From positions 1 to 64,000 of the forward strand of contig JAYZAY010000033.1 of NCBI GenBank assembly GCA_036339465.1: DNA of 64,000 nt, written 5' to 3'. This DNA comes from Myxococcota bacterium (GTDB lineage Bacteria > Myxococcota > XYA12-FULL-58-9 > JABJBS01). How positions within the stretch are numbered: the stretch's first letter is position 1; each line of letters opens with the position of its first letter. The notes beneath the pieces were generated by a model. That model was not told the origin of the DNA and ran no database searches. It saw nothing but the letters and a program-made list of their open reading frames with translations. This document shows, piece after piece, positions 61,354 to 64,000 of this stretch. The position numbers and the translations under genes were made by a program.

Positions 61354-63375
61354 TTATCTCACACGATCTCCAGGGATACCTTCGGGAACATAAACCGGCT
61401 TGGGTATGTCATCACCACCGGCTAGAATCATCCCTTCACTCATACCAAATCGCATTTTTCTCGGTTTGAGATTGGCAACCAATACCACATTATTTCCAAC
61501 CAGTTCCTCTGGTTGAACATGAGGCTTAAGACCCGCAAAGACATGGCGTTTACCGAGATCTCCTACATCCAATTGAACCGAAATCAATTTGTCGGCCCCT
61601 TCCACATGATTCGCCTCTTCGACCTTGGCCACCCGAAGCTCCACAGACATAAAATCATCATACGAAATTGTTGTGGCGTTTTCTTCTTTGGGCTGCACCG
61701 CTTTCGTCGTTTCAGATGTTTTTTGAGCCTGATCTATTTTTGATTTTTCCACCATAGACTTGATTTTTTTAGGATCTAGGCGCTCGAAGAGGCGAGGATA
61801 TTCCCCGACATACTCACCCGCCTCGAATGGAGCCAGCAAGTTGGCAAAAGTAAAAGCAGCCTTTAAACCAAACATTTCTTCGGTTCGTGTCGCCACGGTG
61901 GGAATGACTGGCTTTAGGAGTGCCACACAAACCTTGCCCACCCACAATGCTGTGGTTAGCTGCTTATGAGCCAGGACAGGATTTTCCTTAACCCCGACCC
62001 AAGGGGTGGCATCCTGAAAATACCGATTGGCCAAATCAGCAATCTCCACGACATCTCGTACGACGTGAGAATAAAGCCGAGCGCGATACTTCCCTTCAAT
62101 GCCTCCCGCGAGAGTTCTTACTTGTTCGACCATCTTTTCTGCCGTATCGTCCATCGCACCTAATTTGCCATCAAAGTGTCGATGCAGCATGGGAACACTT
62201 CGACTTAGAAGGTTCACTATCTTATTGACCAAGTCCGCATTGACTCGAGTCGTAAAGTCTTCGAGATTGAGATCGATATCTTCGACCTTTTGATTTAACT
62301 TACAAGCGAGATAATACCGCAGAGATTCGGGCTCGAGAAATTCCGCAAAAGTATCCGCTAAAATAAAAGTCCCCCGGGATTTGGACATCTTCTGTCCATC
62401 CACGGTCAGCATTCCATGCACGGCAACGGTGTGGGGCAGAGTGTATCCGGCTCCCATCAACATAGCGGGCCAAAATAACGTATGAAAATAAATGATGTCC
62501 TTGCCAATGAAATGAATAATCTCGACATCATCCGACTTCCAATAATCCTCCCAGGACAACCCCCGCTCCTTAGCTGCCCGTTCTGCTAAAGCAATATAGC
62601 CAACGGGTGCATCCAACCAAACATAGAAATACTTGTCGTCAGTTCCCGGAATTTTGAATCCAAAATATGGGCCGTCCCGACTGATGTCCCAATCCTGAAG
62701 TCCACCCTCAAACCACTTATCCAAATAATGCCTTACGTCCGAAGACAACACACCCTCCCGGCCTGTCCACTCCTGGAGCGCCTTTGAATAGTGTCCCAAC
62801 TGAAAGAAATAATGCAGACTGGATTTTAGCACGGGCGTCGCACCCGAAATCGCACTGCGAGGGTCGGCCAATTCACTCGGGGCATAGGTCGCCGAACAGA
62901 TTTCACAGCTGTCACCATACTGATCTTCGGCCTTACACTTGGGACACGTCCCCTTCACCATTCGGTCCGAAAGAAATCGATTCGCTTCCGGATCGAAGAG
63001 TTGCTCAACATCGCGCGTGGAAATGTGTTCCGCTTTTTCTAAGGCACCATAAATCTTTTGGGCATGGAACTCATTTTCAGGGGTATGGGTCGTGCCATAG
63101 CCACCATCAAATTCGATGCCAAACTTATCAAAACTCGCCGAATGCTCCCCATGACAAGCCTTCACAAAATCCTCTGGCGTCACCCCGGCCTTTTCAGCGC
63201 TAAGCTCGATGGCTGTGCCATGGGAGTCCGCTCCACAAACACATAAAACATCCTCCCCCGCCATCCGGAGAGCACGAACGAAAATATTAACCTGGACATG
63301 CTCCACCAAGTGCCCAATGTGGATGGCACCGTTGGCATAGGGAAGTGCCGGCGTTACTAAATATTTTTTTGGCAT
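61354..63375 (-). CDS. metG: methionine--tRNA ligase with C-terminal tRNA-binding domain
   Basis: HIGH, Zn knuckle CPKC/CEIC, KMSKS, ANLKPRKMRFG.SEGM. Confidence 0.97.
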   Translation of the reverse strand: MPKKYLVTPALPYANGAIHIGHLVEHVQVNIFVRALRMAGEDVLCVCGADSHGTAIELSAEKAGVTPEDFVKACHGEHSASFDKFGIEFDGGYGTTHTPENEFHAQKIYGALEKAEHISTRDVEQLFDPEANRFLSDRMVKGTCPKCKAEDQYGDSCEICSATYAPSELADPRSAISGATPVLKSSLHYFFQLGHYSKALQEWTGREGVLSSDVRHYLDKWFEGGLQDWDISRDGPYFGFKIPGTDDKYFYVWLDAPVGYIALAERAAKERGLSWEDYWKSDDVEIIHFIGKDIIYFHTLFWPAMLMGAGYTLPHTVAVHGMLTVDGQKMSKSRGTFILADTFAEFLEPESLRYYLACKLNQKVEDIDLNLEDFTTRVNADLVNKIVNLLSRSVPMLHRHFDGKLGAMDDTAEKMVEQVRTLAGGIEGKYRARLYSHVVRDVVEIADLANRYFQDATPWVGVKENPVLAHKQLTTALWVGKVCVALLKPVIPTVATRTEEMFGLKAAFTFANLLAPFEAGEYVGEYPRLFERLDPKKIKSMVEKSKIDQAQKTSETTKAVQPKEENATTISYDDFMSVELRVAKVEEANHVEGADKLISVQLDVGDLGKRHVFAGLKPHVQPEELVGNNVVLVANLKPRKMRFGMSEGMILAGGDDIPKPVYVPEGIPGDRVR

Positions 63376-63719
63376 TTCACGTTTTCTCCCGAATGACATC
63401 CGCACATCATTCACCGCTCATTTTCAATCATTTCGTGGGTCCAAAACCTTCAAAGACCTCAACCACCCATACGACCCTTGCCAGAAGCGCTCAAACAAGA
63501 ACCCAAACTTAAGGCAAATGGAAGGAACCGGTTTAGCCTTTTCAGGGAGGGACAACTAATCACAATGACTAGGTTTCGCAACTCATTGGAAAGCCCCAAA
63601 ACCAGTAAAACTTCCAACCGAGCCGGGCAAGTACAAAATATAGTACCGGCCGCGCAAAAACGGCAACGCCGCCACAGACAAACGAAACAAGTGTGCTGGC
63701 AAAAGATCCGGCGAGTCGG

Positions 63720-63998
63720 CTAGGGCAAAGAAAGTGCCAACCACTTTCGCAAAGAGGCCAGTCCTTCCTTCAGGGCTTGGATATCCTCACCGGAGCCTTC
63801 TTTGGCGTTCACAATGGCACCATAATGAAGACACCAATAATCAACCATCGCCAAACATAGGGGCCCCCGGTTCCTTTTCAGCTTGGGGCCAAGCCAATAA
63901 TCCATGGTGTCATAATCAGCAACCTCTCCCTTAAATTGCCAATGCATCACCACATAGGCCTTCACCCCTTCCAAAACCACCTCTTCCTCTTGGATCTC
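63720..63998 (-). CDS. hypothetical protein, 5'-truncated by window edge
   Basis: Frame is open to the window end (EIQEEEVVLEG...). Confidence 0.4.
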   Translation of the reverse strand, partial: EIQEEEVVLEGVKAYVVMHWQFKGEVADYDTMDYWLGPKLKRNRGPLCLAMVDYWCLHYGAIVNAKEGSGEDIQALKEGLASLRKWLALSLP

Positions 63999-64000
63999 CC

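Overview
About 55 CDSs of bacterial chromosomal backbone, mostly on the minus strand. FHA/GAF sigma-54 activators, Cys-rich lipoproteins and TPR proteins suggest a Myxococcota/deltaproteobacterial genome (inference). Housekeeping content: pheA-hisC-aroA-cmk, miaA, SMUG1-type UDG, fabG/fabZ-like pair, metH, uvrA, an mrfAB-type helicase/exonuclease pair, a CCA-adding-type enzyme, hslO, menB, queD, hemB, a DAHP synthase and metG. No rRNA, tRNA, CRISPR array, transposase or prophage gene was recognised. The strongest unexplained signal is non-coding. A near-consensus sigma-54 promoter (46436-46451) faces a ~230-nt ORF-poor region that folds into nested stems presenting six UCCCC motifs, a candidate Pxr-like/anti-SD small RNA. 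Also notable: a complete sigma-54 enhancer/promoter module (two TGTGTCT-N4-AGACACA palindromes) inside an extended two-component locus, a second structured intergenic RNA candidate upstream of hslO, and an 18-bp tandem repeat built on a stop codon. All product calls come from motif recognition by eye; no searches or folding programs were run.
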